Assembly: GCA_040285855.1 (NCBI GenBank) | Contig: JAUFOQ010000001.1 | Span: forward strand, 682,001-746,000 | Source: Eukaryota sp. GEM-RC1 | Lineage: Eukaryota | DNA length: 64,000 nucleotides | Direction of reading: 5' to 3' | Shown here: positions 36,114 to 48,494 of the stretch, in pieces | How the letters are laid out: the number at the start of each line of letters is the position of its first letter | How positions within the stretch are numbered: position 1 is the stretch's first letter | The notes under the pieces: generated by a model | Database searches by the model: none | Told to the model about the DNA's origin: nothing | The model's input: the letters and a program-made list of their open reading frames with translations, nothing else | Translations under genes and position numbers: made by a program

Positions 36114-36918
36114 TAGAAGCAATAGAACAAGAGATAAGCAAATGAGATTAAAACGGAAGACCAATGTTTCTTGTGGCCTTTTAACAAAACTACATGTCTA
36201 ATCCTGAACCTCCACTGAAGAGTAGTCGTTCATTTGATTATAGTGTAACACTTACTATCAGTTAAGTGCTCAATGTTTCCTCCTCTTCTGGTGTCTCCTC
36301 CCGCAACATAACTCTGACACACTGTCTGCTTCGTTCTCATTGCTTACGGTCTCCTTTAAGTACTTACGTTTACAGCAGTCTTTGTTGATCTTGATCTTTC
36401 TTCACTTACGTGTGCTCTAATGTCCTCTCTGAATGACAAAACTGAAGACTGCCGTTTTCCTATCCGTCATTTGAAGCAATATTTGGCCACAGTTTTTCCC
36501 AAAGTTGATATGTGATCCATCGCTTCTTTGAATCTAATATCAATCAGTCAAAGTGTTTCTTCAATCAAACACGTTCCCCTTGGTTTATAAAAACCTTCCT
36601 TAACTACAGTCATTTGCTCATCATTTTCAAAAAAAAAACGGAACAGTATCAAAGAAACCAGAAATTGATGAAATTAAGTTCGAACACTACAACTATCACA
36701 TGCTTCTAACAGGGGCCTTTTCCAGTAGAGTTTGAGTACGGTTCTACGGTTGGTCATTTATTGATGTTAGATCTGTTTCCAATAAACAACGTTGGCTTTT
36801 AGACACATGTACTGTAGAATTGTATCATTAGGAGTCACTGATAAAGTGAGAGAATCAATAACAAATAACATATCATAAGATATTAGAAAAGGGATACCAA
36901 TAATGATGATCTCTAAGA

Positions 36919-37170
36919 CCACTGCAGGACATTGTAGTTCCTTTACCAGACGGTTCTCAGACTGGTTTTCTTTGTTCAGATGCTGACGAGTATGCCCAGT
37001 CTTTGGGTACTGTTTTACTTGGAAATTGGGACCATTTGTCATTGGTTCAGATAGCTGGAAGATCTTCAGTAAAGAAGTTTAGTCAAGAGGCTTTTGTTAC
37101 GAATTTCTTGATGTCTTTGTCTACGAGTCTGTTTTTTCAAAGGGATTAAATTGGAAATATTAAATAAATT
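36919..37170 (+). pseudogene. 3' fragment of ALG11
   Basis: Almost identical to 30430-30681, covering the last codons, stop and AATAAA. Confidence 0.9.
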
Positions 37171-37207
37171 CATTTATTCTGAATTGATGTTTTTCACTAT
37201 TAGAAAC

Positions 37208-37238
37208 GGGCGAGTCACAGTTGACCTGTGACTCGCCC
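37208..37238. other. Second copy of the GC-rich hairpin (13-bp stem, different loop)
   Basis: GGGCGAGTCACAG-TTGAC-CTGTGACTCGCCC. Confidence 0.9.
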
Positions 37239-37272
37239 AAGTAACTCTCATGTCCTTCCATTAATAGTTCTT

Positions 37273-38744
37273 CTAACCAAGAATAGTAATATTACCCTTG
37301 GATAATGTAAAATAAGGGTAATAAAGCTCGTCATCTACTACTGGAAGCTCTGCACGTAAATCCTTCGTTCCTGAACAAATATCTTTGAAGGAAATGACAT
37401 TATTAATTAAGTCCGCAGTTACTTCAAGAATATCGCCAGATCGAAATTGGCGGTCTGTTCCTGATAACCCAGGATTTGATGAAGCTGGTAGTGAACAAAC
37501 AATACCATTAAAAGAAGAATTTAAATGGTTAACTCCAACTGCAAATCGAGGTTGAACTGGATGATGAAATGATGAGTGCTGAATTTGCTGTTGATTAGAT
37601 CCTTTATCCACAATCTTAACCCTCCATTGGTAGACCTTACCGTACTCAAGAGGAGTATCACCAAACACATATTGATGTTGATATTTCTGGGATGTTTGAG
37701 CAAATGTTCCCTGTACTGTAATTGAACTTTTGTTAAAGGTTGAGAACTGAAACTCAAGTTGTCGAGGCAATCGTCTAGAATCGAGAACTTCTTTTCCAAG
37801 GATTCTATTCTTGAATCCTTATCATCTGCTTCCAATGAAGCCATCCTTAAATGGTCGAAATGAAACTCCATAAGTATAAACTTAAGTTCAGAAAACTTTC
37901 CTAGTGTGTTTATCAATAATAGGTTCCACTCTAAAACTGATAGTAGCTCAATAATCATAGAATTCAATAGATCGTGTAATTGTTCCTTATCTAATTGATT
38001 CTCAACGTAAGACATCACCATACATTGAACAAAGAACCGATGTGAAACTGACGTAGAGCAGAAAGGAAGAAGTACAGAGAGAGAAGAAGGAGAAAGAAGA
38101 GGAAGTTCATAATCGCAGTCAGTTTTAAACTCTTTTAAATGAGGACAAACGTATTCAAGAGCTCTCTTATCTTCAAGTTTGTCAGCTCCAACAATGAAGT
38201 TAACCACCCATTCCCAGGATTGGAACTCTTCCTCCAAGATAGAACATATAAGTTCAGAAATCCTGTCAGCTCGGAAGTAATGCGATAGATAGAAGAGATC
38301 GTAAGCGTTCTCTTTAGTGACTGTGAAAGGAAGATCGTAGAATCCACGAAGGATGGAGGTGAGGCAATCGACATCTACTGAAAGATTGGACAAATCAAGA
38401 GGATTCTCATCTTTGTCTTTGAATTCTAAGTACCAAAGGTTTGCGAAGAACTTGGAGTTTGCTGCAAGGATACCTTTGATGACGGGGAACATGGAATCCT
38501 TGAAGACGATTTGTTGATCGGAGAACTGTTCATTTAGGAGAAGAGAAGAAAGAGTATTAGTTGTACAGATTTCCCGACCTCGAACAGTATACTCTGAAGG
38601 AGTTATGCTCTGGAAGTCAGAGTGAGGTGTACTAGATCTTTCTTCATCATCATCTGCACTCTGCAAAGGGGGAGTTTCAATTGAGAAGTGTGCTTCATCA
38701 TCAGAAGTTTGCCCAAATGAGAACGATGGGGTACTACTGTCCAT
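37273..38744 (-). CDS. BTB - helical - SPRY-like protein (family 2); one frameshift at an A run near 37792
   Basis: ORFs 37521..38744 and 37273..37770 join as LEK.VLDSRRLPRQLE, compare paralog LQKQLLDSRRAPHQLD. Confidence 0.75.
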
Positions 38745-40211
38745 AAATCTGCTTTTTGATCAGATGATGTTAAGAGAAAAGTTGAATGGACACTAATCAG
38801 TATCAAAAAAATGCAGTGGTATCTGAACCTAAAGTCTTAAAGGATCTAAACCGTGTGACTTTTGTCATTTCTGTGATCTAAACACACGTACTGAACATAA
38901 ATTGTCACTGAAAATGTCACAATTTGTGAGTTAAAGTGTACTATGTAGTACTTACGAATATATATAATTTGCTTGAACAAATATAATGATTGTGGATGGT
39001 TCACTACATTTAGCAAGATATGTTACTAGTATTTAATTAAGATTCGATTAACACAGAAAATGAAAGAAATTACTTCACCATCTTTACATACAAAGTTGTT
39101 CTGATTTGACCTAGGAATAATGGAACTTATTAAGGGATGTTCCTATAAACAGCAAATTTAATACCACAAAGGCTAACACAACTAATGTGAGCCACCTTGT
39201 TAAAGTGACTTAATGGATCAACACCATTGAAAATTATGTTTTGAATACCCTTAATTTATGTTTAACTACAAAATCTTGTATTAACATTAAGACGGTGTTC
39301 TTTAAGAATTTTGTCATTATATTTTCTTATGTTCTGGTTGAGCCATTCACCTTGAGATTTAGGACTTGGGACATAATTGACATTACAATTGGCAATAACA
39401 AAAGTAATCATGTCGTTAGGACGGAATAAGTGCTCGTCTAATAAACGTTTTTATTTTGGATATGGATATTAATTTACTCAAGAACGTTACACAACAACAG
39501 TTCGATATCACTCATGTTTTTTTATAAAGACAATTTATAAATGTGATGTAATAAAGAACACAAAATTTGGTATCATAATGGTCTTTAATATTTGGTTAAA
39601 TCTTCAAACATTCTGACAAATATATATAGGAAGTTTTCTTGCACTGAATCAAAGCTTGATGATAGCAATTTTGTAAAGTACGAAATATTAAAAAAAATCA
39701 AAGGGCTACCACGCTTAGTCAAAAAAAGATACAATGTAGAAAGAAAGGAATAATTGGAGAATAATGATAATAATTGCTCCTTGGTTGTGTTTCTCAAAAA
39801 GCAGGACACAAAAAACGTGCAAACCAACAAGAAAGAAAAGCAGAATTGAGTCTAAATAGGAATGAGAGACAATTGATCAATTTCTATTTACTGAAGGAAA
39901 TATAGTTTAACTAAAGTATTAATAGAAACGAATCTAAATACATGTACATGTTGGCGATCATTTAACATGTTTGTTGTCCTTGTCCACTATTAAAATTACA
40001 GATAATACAACATCATTGTTTTTGTATTTTTGTATTTTACTCTGTATTTTTGTATTTGTATTTTTTTCAACCCTTGAATTTTCCAGGTATGATTATAATC
40101 AGAGCATGTAACGTTGTGACGATATGCGACGTCTCCACAACGTGTCACTTGATTGTGCTATATTAGACCGCATTTTGTCAACAACAGTTATTCATCAAAG
40201 AGGTTCAAAAG

Positions 40212-40976
40212 ATGAACTCTTCCAGTTGGAATGTGGTAATGAGACTGCATCATCAGCAACAGACCATTATTAACACTGTTTCCTTGATTAGATCTGCGAA
40301 CTTTCTTGCTTCTAATGTCTGATTGTCAGATTCTTATCACACGACAGAAACAATCATATGACTATGAAAAGCAAATTGAGAACGTTATAGCGGATAACTT
40401 TTATTCAAAATATATGTTGCAGATCCATAATGAAGCTAAGAGCAAGAAATTGGTCAAGTTGATGTACACACATGGCATTATCCCAGTTCAGACCAAAGCA
40501 GTGGCTTTAAAGGACAACGAAGTCATTGGAGTAGCTCTGATTACTACTTCTCTGTCCAGACCTGGAAGCCTTCTCAATAGACTGTTGTTCTATCTCAGGA
40601 TTCTGTTCATAATTTCTCCCTTCAAGCTTGTACTGCTTCTCAAAGCGCAAGCTGCCATTGCCAATCTTTTGACATTACCACACACTATGGTAAAAACCCT
40701 GAGCTATCATTGTTAGCAGTAAAACGGCAATTCCAAGGACAAGGAATCGGTGGGAGAATTCTAGACCGTATACAAGAATGGATTTCATTTCAAAAGGACT
40801 TTTATGGTGATTCTGTGAATGAGATTGGTCTACAATGTTATGCCACTAATCCTGCGTGCGAGTTGTACAAAAGGAAGGGATATTTTGTTGAACAACAAAT
40901 CTGTAGTACTGTTCTAGAGAAAGCTATGGGTGCAGAGTATAAGTGTTGGTATATAATGATTAAAACATTGGATTAG
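40212..40976 (+). CDS. GNAT-family acetyltransferase; frameshift at a T run near 40666; 5' structure uncertain
   Basis: Motif A LAV...FQGQGIG..IL and motif B N.A..LY...GY; VIGVALI beta strand upstream. Confidence 0.75.
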
Positions 40977-41099
40977 AAGTGTCACACAATTACAGAGAAA
41001 TACACCATCAAAAGTACTCATAAGTATAAGTAGTCTAACCAGGGTTGGAAATCCCACGGGTCTTTGAAAACATGGATAGAGACACCACGTGAAAATGTT

Positions 41100-41605
41100 G
41101 TCTAAAAGGGTGGGCTTAAAAGATGAAACCTTAATGAACCTTCATCTTCAATTGAGTTCCCGCCAGATTCAAACCCATTACTGTAGTATTAACTTTTAAC
41201 ACCTCTGCCAGAGGGCTAGCACCTGCACTCCATTAGAATTGTTCCTCAGATCAATACATGCCACTGTAATAATGGCTTTCAACAATTCGATTAACTGCAT
41301 AGAAATAGAAGGATTAACGCTAACATGAAGTTGTTTCAGACGTGGAAACACCAAGGAAGCCCTGTTGAGAAAATGGAATTCAGTGTATTGTTCTAAATTC
41401 AAATCCAATCCTGAACGCATATCGGAATAAGTGAGAAATTCTTCAACATTGAAGGTGTCGTACGTGTGTAAGGAAACAGACTTTACATTGGCTTTAAAGA
41501 AAGAAGCAAGTGAATAGAGTTTGAGAAGATCTGCAAGTACTGGATGAAACGTGTTTGTTTCGAAAAACACCTTGGTTGACAGTAAAGCTGATTCAAACCA
41601 AACCA
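41100..41605 (-). pseudogene. RNI-like leucine-rich-repeat gene fragment, cut by the Gypsy element
   Basis: LIELLK...TVACIDLRNNS.G followed, after a frameshift, by ALAEVLKVNTTVMGLNL..NSIEDEG. Confidence 0.6.
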
Positions 41606-41607
41606 TA

Positions 41608-44600
41608 AAATCGCCCATATCCTGCCCGTCCTGTCAAAAGCTAAATACATAGCCACTCTTGACTTACCCAAAGCCTTCTGGCAAGTCAAACTTCATCCAG
41701 ACGACGTGAAGAAAGCTTCGTTATCCACCCCTGGGCGTTCTATTTCATTTACCCGTGCTGCTTTTGGACTGAGGAATGTCCCAGCATTCTTTCAAAATTT
41801 GATGGTCTCGTTCTTCGCCGATGAAGACATCTTCATTTATATTGACGATATAATTGTATGTTCTAAAGATTTCTCAAATCTACTTTCTAAACTCAGAAAA
41901 ATCCTTCTGAAAGCTCGTGACAAACGAGTTAGATTTGGCCTCCGCAAATGCGATTTTATTACTTACAAGAGTAAAATCGAGAATTTAGGATGCTTTTTTC
42001 AAAATTTTCAACGTTCAATCAGCCCAGACCAAATCAAAGCCATCTGCTCACTCCCGCGACCAAAGACTTTATCAGAAGTTCGAATTTTCGTTGGTTCTAT
42101 CAACTTTATTAGAGACTGGATTCCCAACCTTGCTTCCGTCCTAGAACCAATTTCCAACCTGTTAAGGAAAACAAACAAAATCATCTGGACCGCTGAAACC
42201 GAAACGTGCTTCAAAGAAATCTTAAAACTAATCTCCAGCAATATACCCTTGAACCTGCCTGACGCTAAGGCCACCATTTTGATCTCCACCGATGCCTCCG
42301 AAGTAGGACTTTCCGGTATTATTTGGGAACAAATTGAAGACTGCCCGGCTGGAACCCCCCCCCTATCGAAAGAAAGACCAGACCTCTCTGCTTTTATAGC
42401 AAGAAGTTCACGGACAGTCAAAAGAATTGGCCTACCATTCAGAAGGAGTTGTATGCAATTCTTGCTACCTAAACTCTTTCCCCATTATCTTCTTTCATCC
42501 TGACTAAACGGTTCACTCTGTTTTGTGGCCACAAAAAGTGATCTTATTTAATTTCAGCCCCTGAAAAGAACAAAATCGTCACTCGATGGATCCCTATCTT
42601 AGCCAACTTTGAATTTGAGCTCTTTCACACCGCCGGTGAGGACAACCACTTCGCCGATTTGCTCTCTCGCTGCTTTCCTGAACCTTCTGCTGATATCTCT
42701 AGTATTCTGATGTGCTCGTCTACGGTGCCGGGTGCAGTCGAGGGGAGACACTTGATGGCTGAGGATAGCGAGTTATACTGTCCACAGACTTCTCATCAAC
42801 CCTCGGGACCTGTTTTTAGTAATAGGGCTTCTAGCAGCAACGTCCCAAACGTTGACGCGGATGATGCAAAAATTTATCGACGATAGTGAAGAACTTAGCA
42901 GAGAAGAGCAAGTACAACTTTTCTGGGATAGAAAAGACGCCTTCATGGCAGAACATGAACAACTCCAGAAATACGTAGCCGATCTAAAAGCCGAAATCAA
43001 ACAATTTGCTGACGAACAACTCCGCCTGACTCTGGAAAGAGACGCTGCCGTAGCTCTAGTTGAAGACCAAAGAGAAGACCATGACTACCTAAGAGAAAAT
43101 GGTCTCTACATCGACGAAGACGGCCACATGTGTCAATGATGATGAATTTCGTATCTATATGACTGACGTACCAGATCATAAAGAGCTCAGTAGCTCTGAT
43201 GAGTCTCACATCGTCATCGTAAATGATGAGCATTCCCCAATGCTCGAAGACCTGCCCTCGATCGAAACGATCGGTGCTAGCTACGGCCTCTTCCCTCACC
43301 TGATTCGAGACACCTCTGAATTCCTGAGAACTACGAATTTCTCTTCAACCTCCGCCATAATCTCAGTCTCCTCTGAAGACGAAGGCGACCTCTACGAACA
43401 ATTCCTTGGAGAATCGCCTAATGATACGCGCCTCTTTGACAGCCTTGGCAACCAACTGCCTGACCCCTGGAACTCTCCTATCAACATTAATATTCACCCT
43501 AGACCGGATATTCCTCTGGCTCCCCGAACTTCGACCATGTAGGTATCCATGACAACGCCAGATACTACAGTTCTCGTACCGACCCCGCTCACCCTGATGA
43601 GGGTCTTTTTGACATTATGATCGCCACCCTCGATGATGCTAGAGCAATTGAACCAGAAATCGACGAAAACAACCTGTTCGCTGAACGCCTAATCATCGAT
43701 CCCTTAGCTTACAACCCGCTAAGCAGTTCTGACAGTGACCTTCCAGAAGAAACTTCGTGGTCACAGATTCCCGACCCCAGCTACGTCTTCAACGATTGGC
43801 TACAGCTCCTGTCCCAAAAACAAGAGAAAGCCACAGCCAACAACGACATCACCATGACCACTGACACAGAACTCATCTCCATGACCGCCAATGGTAAAGA
43901 TTATGTGCTCACTTGGAACCATATGAAGAAGAAGTTTGTAATTCCTGACTCCTTGAAGCGACATTTGCTTCTAACAATCCATGGATCCACTAGAGCAGGA
44001 CATTTGTCCAAGAAAGACTCCGTTTCTGCTTTAATGAGAAGCGATTATTGGTGGCCTAACTACGTTTACGATATAAAGACCCACGTAAAAAATTGCATCC
44101 CTTGTCAAAAGACCGCTCCTGCCCCTGAACTGAAACTCCCCTCCTCCGGAAATCTCTGGTAAGACCGCCCATTCCCATGCCTACACGCTGTTGTGATTGG
44201 CCCGCTATCTCCTGACTCGGAAAATTACAAATACATACTAGTATTTGTCTGTTCATTTTCTAGATTTACCATTCTAGTACCTCTTAAAATTCTCAATGCT
44301 CAGGAAGTCGGCTACTCTATACTCTGGAACGTGATGGCTACTACGGTATCCCATCGCAAATCCTAAGCGACAATGGACCGGAGTTCGCCAACACCGTGAA
44401 CAAAAGTTTGTGTTTGTTCTTGAACATCGAAAAAAAATGTCAACCCCTATTTTCATCAGTCTAACGGACTGGTAGAAAGAAGGCACCGAGAAGTCTTGCA
44501 AACCCTCTGCCGCCTTCTCATTGACCTACAGGCACACTGTAAATGGAGCACGTACATTCCAATTACCCAACTGATTCTGAACACCAGAACCAGTTCCATC

Positions 44601-45502
44601 ACAAATTTCACCCCCTTCGAGCTTATCTTTGGTTCTAAAACTGACCCCAGACAACTCCCTCTCCAAGTCATCCAGAACTGTACTCTAGATGATCACTTAC
44701 CGCAGAATCCCTATGTTGATGCCTTGAAACAGAAAACATCCACGATCTTAAACAAGTGGAAAGAGGCAGAAAACTCCTCCAATCTCAAACAAAGATCACT
44801 TTCATCCAGGAACTCTGCTACCAACCAGAAACTCATCGACGACATTCAACAAGGAGACTTCGTTTTAAAACTCAGTGAACACCCATCCAAGACTCATGGA
44901 AAGTGGACTGGTCCCTACCTATTTGAGGCTGTTTCTTATCACCCCTGAAATTGCCTTATCCGTAATCTCATCACAGGAATCTCAGTAAAGTGCTCTCTTT
45001 ACCACGTCAAGAAATGCCATACCAACCACTCTGAGAACGTTCTACAGCCTATGCCACTACCGACTCAGAAGAAGTTGTCATCGACAAACTTATTGATCAC
45101 GACTTGACCTCTCCTCAAGACCCCAAGTACCTAGTCCGCTGGTTAGATGGTACTACCACCTGGGAAGGCCGCTCTGTAGAGAATACCGCCGCTTACTATG
45201 CTTACCGCAGAAAGTACATTAATGAACCTCTTCAAGCTAGAGGTCCCATAACTGGCCGTGCTAACTCAAAACTAGACGCTGCTTGGAAAGCCTAACACCA
45301 TAAGTCCGCCCCTGTTGTAGCTCGCAATCAGCATCGTATGAAAACAAGAAATCGTACATCTCACTAGTTTATTTTTAATATGAATTAACCAATAAGAAGA
45401 AAGGCAGTGTTGTAGTTGTAGATTTGTGTAATTTCATATTAGGTTTTTATCTTCCCCCTTGCATCTATAGAGGTTCTTTCTTATAAAGGTTCTCCTCTAA
45501 CA
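41608..45502 (+). mobile_element. Degenerate, 5'-truncated Ty3/Gypsy LTR retrotransposon (RT, RNase H, insert, integrase, chromodomain, PPT, LTR start)
   Basis: LDLPKAFWQ, FGL.N.PA.FQ, YIDD; TDAS..G, ELYAI, N..ADLLSR; H..GH...WW...C..CQ, SDNGPEF, NGLVER; YLVRW..TTTWE; purine tract 45391-45407 then TGTTGTAG at 45408; LTR end uncertain. Confidence 0.9.
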
Positions 45503-46065
45503 AGTATGTATCATTATAGTGCACAAAGACCAACAGTTAGAACCATCAAGTTGAGTACAGCAGCTAGTATCAGAGCTGATACATATGCTGCGTTACCCTC
45601 CTACACAGACCGTTTATCATATGCGATGCCAGCATCCTGCTCAAATCTCGCTATTGAACATGGTGTGTTTTCCAAGTGTTTCAATATCATATAGATTGTC
45701 GACATTGTACAGTGGTATGACATATGTTTGTGTATACAGTGGAAGAGTTTTCGGTGTTGATGAAGTAAATCAGTGTTATTTTGGAATTTGTAAAAAATTA
45801 AACGACACAACTAATTACAGTGGACTACAATATAATTTAGTCGTGTTCTACAATTAGAATCTTCTTCTTCCATGCAGTATCAGTAAAAAGCAATGGTTAT
45901 TGTCAATCACATTCTTTATCAGAAGCAAGTTCATCATCACATACGATGTGGCGGCAACTCCCTGTACTTGATGTCTTCTACTCGAATTAGCTTCCGAATT
46001 CATAAATTAATTTGAATCACTGCTTTAAATGAGGAGACTTACCCACAATAACAATGTTATCAACT

Positions 46066-47607
46066 TTATTCAACGATTTCCAGTTCATGATTACTGCAAT
46101 ATAACCTAGCAAATGGATAATAATTACCACTACTTAATCTGGGAAGAGTTCCAGTAAGATTAATTGAAGAATTACTCACGGATTTGATTGTCAAAGTGTA
46201 ATTCATTAAATTTGCATTGATTTCGAGTAATTCACCAGGATTCCACATGGCCTTGTTTCCTGAGAGACAACCACGAATGCGATCACCATTATTTTCAAAA
46301 CAGTGTGCATTCTCATAACATTTAACACCAAAAACAATAAACTTTGACTCGTCAATGACTCCAACAAGAAGATTAAAAGTTTTCCCCTGGTATCTCAACT
46401 TCCAAGTATACTCATTACCTGGAAGAAGTGGATCTTCTCCCAAGATACTTCTCCCCTCATAACCACCACTTCCAACAACTCTCTTTCTATCCTCACTAAC
46501 TTGTAAAAGAGAACATTTCCTAGTTTGAGAGAATCTAATCACTTTTGATTGATGAACTGATTGAGACACCAGTTGAGTTTCTGTAGCTATCTTTTTCAGT
46601 TTTTCTATTTCTTGTTGTAGTTTAGTGTTATCAGCAACAATTTAAGAATTTTCGGGTTTACAGTTCTGATTATCAGTAGTTAAATTAGAATTTTGCACAG
46701 ATAATTCAGAAATTGTTGTTTTCAAATCATGATTTTCCGTTGTTAAATCAGTAGTAAGTGAGTTTAAGTCGGCATTGTTGCTTTCTAAATCAGAATTCTT
46801 GACTGTTAATTCAGATATTTCTTCCTTCAATTCAGAAACTTCCTTCACCAACGAATCAAAATAAAGATTCTTAACTCTTGTAAACAAAAACTTCATCAAA
46901 TCGGCTTCCAATTCATCAACATCTTTTAAAGGAACAAACAGAAACTCATCCCATTGTTGAAAAGAAAAGACTTCAATTGAACAACAATTTAAAACATTCA
47001 AAAACTCACTTAAATCGAAACTTTGATTTAGAATTGATTCCACCATTGATTTGATGAACCATGATTGTGTTTGAGTGGAAGTGCAGTATTTTACAAGCGT
47101 TTTAAACCCTTCAGTACTGATTGCCATCAGGTCATCAATCATAAGGTCATCAATCTTAGAAAAGAAAGGACCAACGAATTCCAGAGCTCTCAAGTCAGTT
47201 CTTTCATCTGCTTCTTTAATGAATGGTTTTAACCAAGACCAGGTTACAAGATGAGTGTTAAGGTGGTTTTCCACGTGGTCAATGAGTTTGTCCACTTGGA
47301 AGTAGTGGACGATGTAAAAGAAGTTGTATGCGTTGCTCTCGTTGAGGGTGAATGATTTACCAAAGAAGGACTTGAGGAAAGCGAAGAAGTTGTCGGAATC
47401 GACGGGAAGATGGGAGACGTCAATGGGATTCTCTAGTTTATCCCCAAACTCTAAGAACCAGAGGGATCGGAAGTATGTTGAGTGAGCAGCAAGGACAGAC
47501 TTGTTTACTTCGATGGATTCCCCGCCGAATGAAATGGTTTGGTTACATAAGGAGGGTTCATCAAGAATTATGGAAAGAGTTTCTGCTGGGGGAAGGGAGA
47601 ATGACAT
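46066..47607 (-). pseudogene. BTB - coiled coil - SPRY-like gene (family 1) with one in-frame TAA at 46642-46644
   Basis: ORFs 46642..47616 and 46066..46569 are in the same frame; only ENS*IVAD interrupts. Confidence 0.8.
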
Positions 47608-48494
47608 TAGAAGCAATAGAGATAAGTAAATGAGACCAAAACGGGAGATTAATGTGTTCTGCTTACTTCTTCCAATTACTTACGTCTTCAGCAGACTTTA
47701 TTGATCTTGTTCAATCTTCACTTACATGTAAGTCCTCTCTCAACGTCAAGCATGGAGACCATCGTGGAGACTTAGTCTTCATTTCTGTCATTTGAAGTAA
47801 GAATTATCGTCATTGTATAAAAACGGTGACTGTGTGATCCGTCGTTTCTTTGAATCAGCTCATCAATCAGTCAAAGTGTTTCTTCGATTAAACACGTTCC
47901 TTTTGGTTTATAAAGACCGTCCTCAGCTACATAGAGCTACGGTCTGTTTCCTTGCACGAGATTGGGAAATTTTGAGTTGTAGAATTTCTTAATTTTTCCA
48001 CAAGATTAAATGATTGGAATTTAAGTTGCTTAATCATAATGACTATGAATTTCTGAACAGGTTTTGTTGTTTCTGTCTGTGTCCTCTTTGTTGTTGTTTT
48101 GTGTATTTATCCATCTATATCCGTTGGTAGTTTTTTAGTCTAGTTTTGATGTCATAACACGATAATGAAAGTAAATTTTGTTATTGACTTTTCCCCAAAG
48201 TCCAACATTTAAATTAGTAAAATTTACTTTTGGACCACCAATTGTTTGTTTACTTGTTGATGCAAGTTATTCCGACAGTGACTGACAACATGTACTACAA
48301 AAGGAATTTCATGTATACACTCTTTGTTGAATATAGATGTAATAAGTTAGTTACTTTAGCATTCTGAAACAATCAAATTACAGGGAACACACATCTTCTG
48401 AGCTCTTTTTACTGTTGCCCAAAGCAAGCTTTAACAAGGGAAAGAGATTTATTCAGAAGAAAATCCAACTAATTATATAAAAAATTATCCACGG

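Noticed and set aside
30700..37240. Helitron 3' termini at the GC hairpins
   Set aside because: Only the 37.2 kb copy has a CTRR-like motif beyond the hairpin on the gene strand, and no Rep/helicase is present; left as an unsupported alternative
19880..40670. Programmed frameshifting in ARP3, WNK tail, the ATP10-like gene, BTB 37.8 kb and GNAT
   Set aside because: Each shift can be placed at a homopolymer run (C6, A4-5, T4), the typical long-read consensus error; no shared recoding signal
17478..46644. TAA reassigned to Gln (in-frame TAA at 17478 and 46642)
   Set aside because: TAA terminates kinesin, ALG11 and the SPRY genes, and long conserved ORFs have no internal TAA/TAG; simple nonsense mutation suffices
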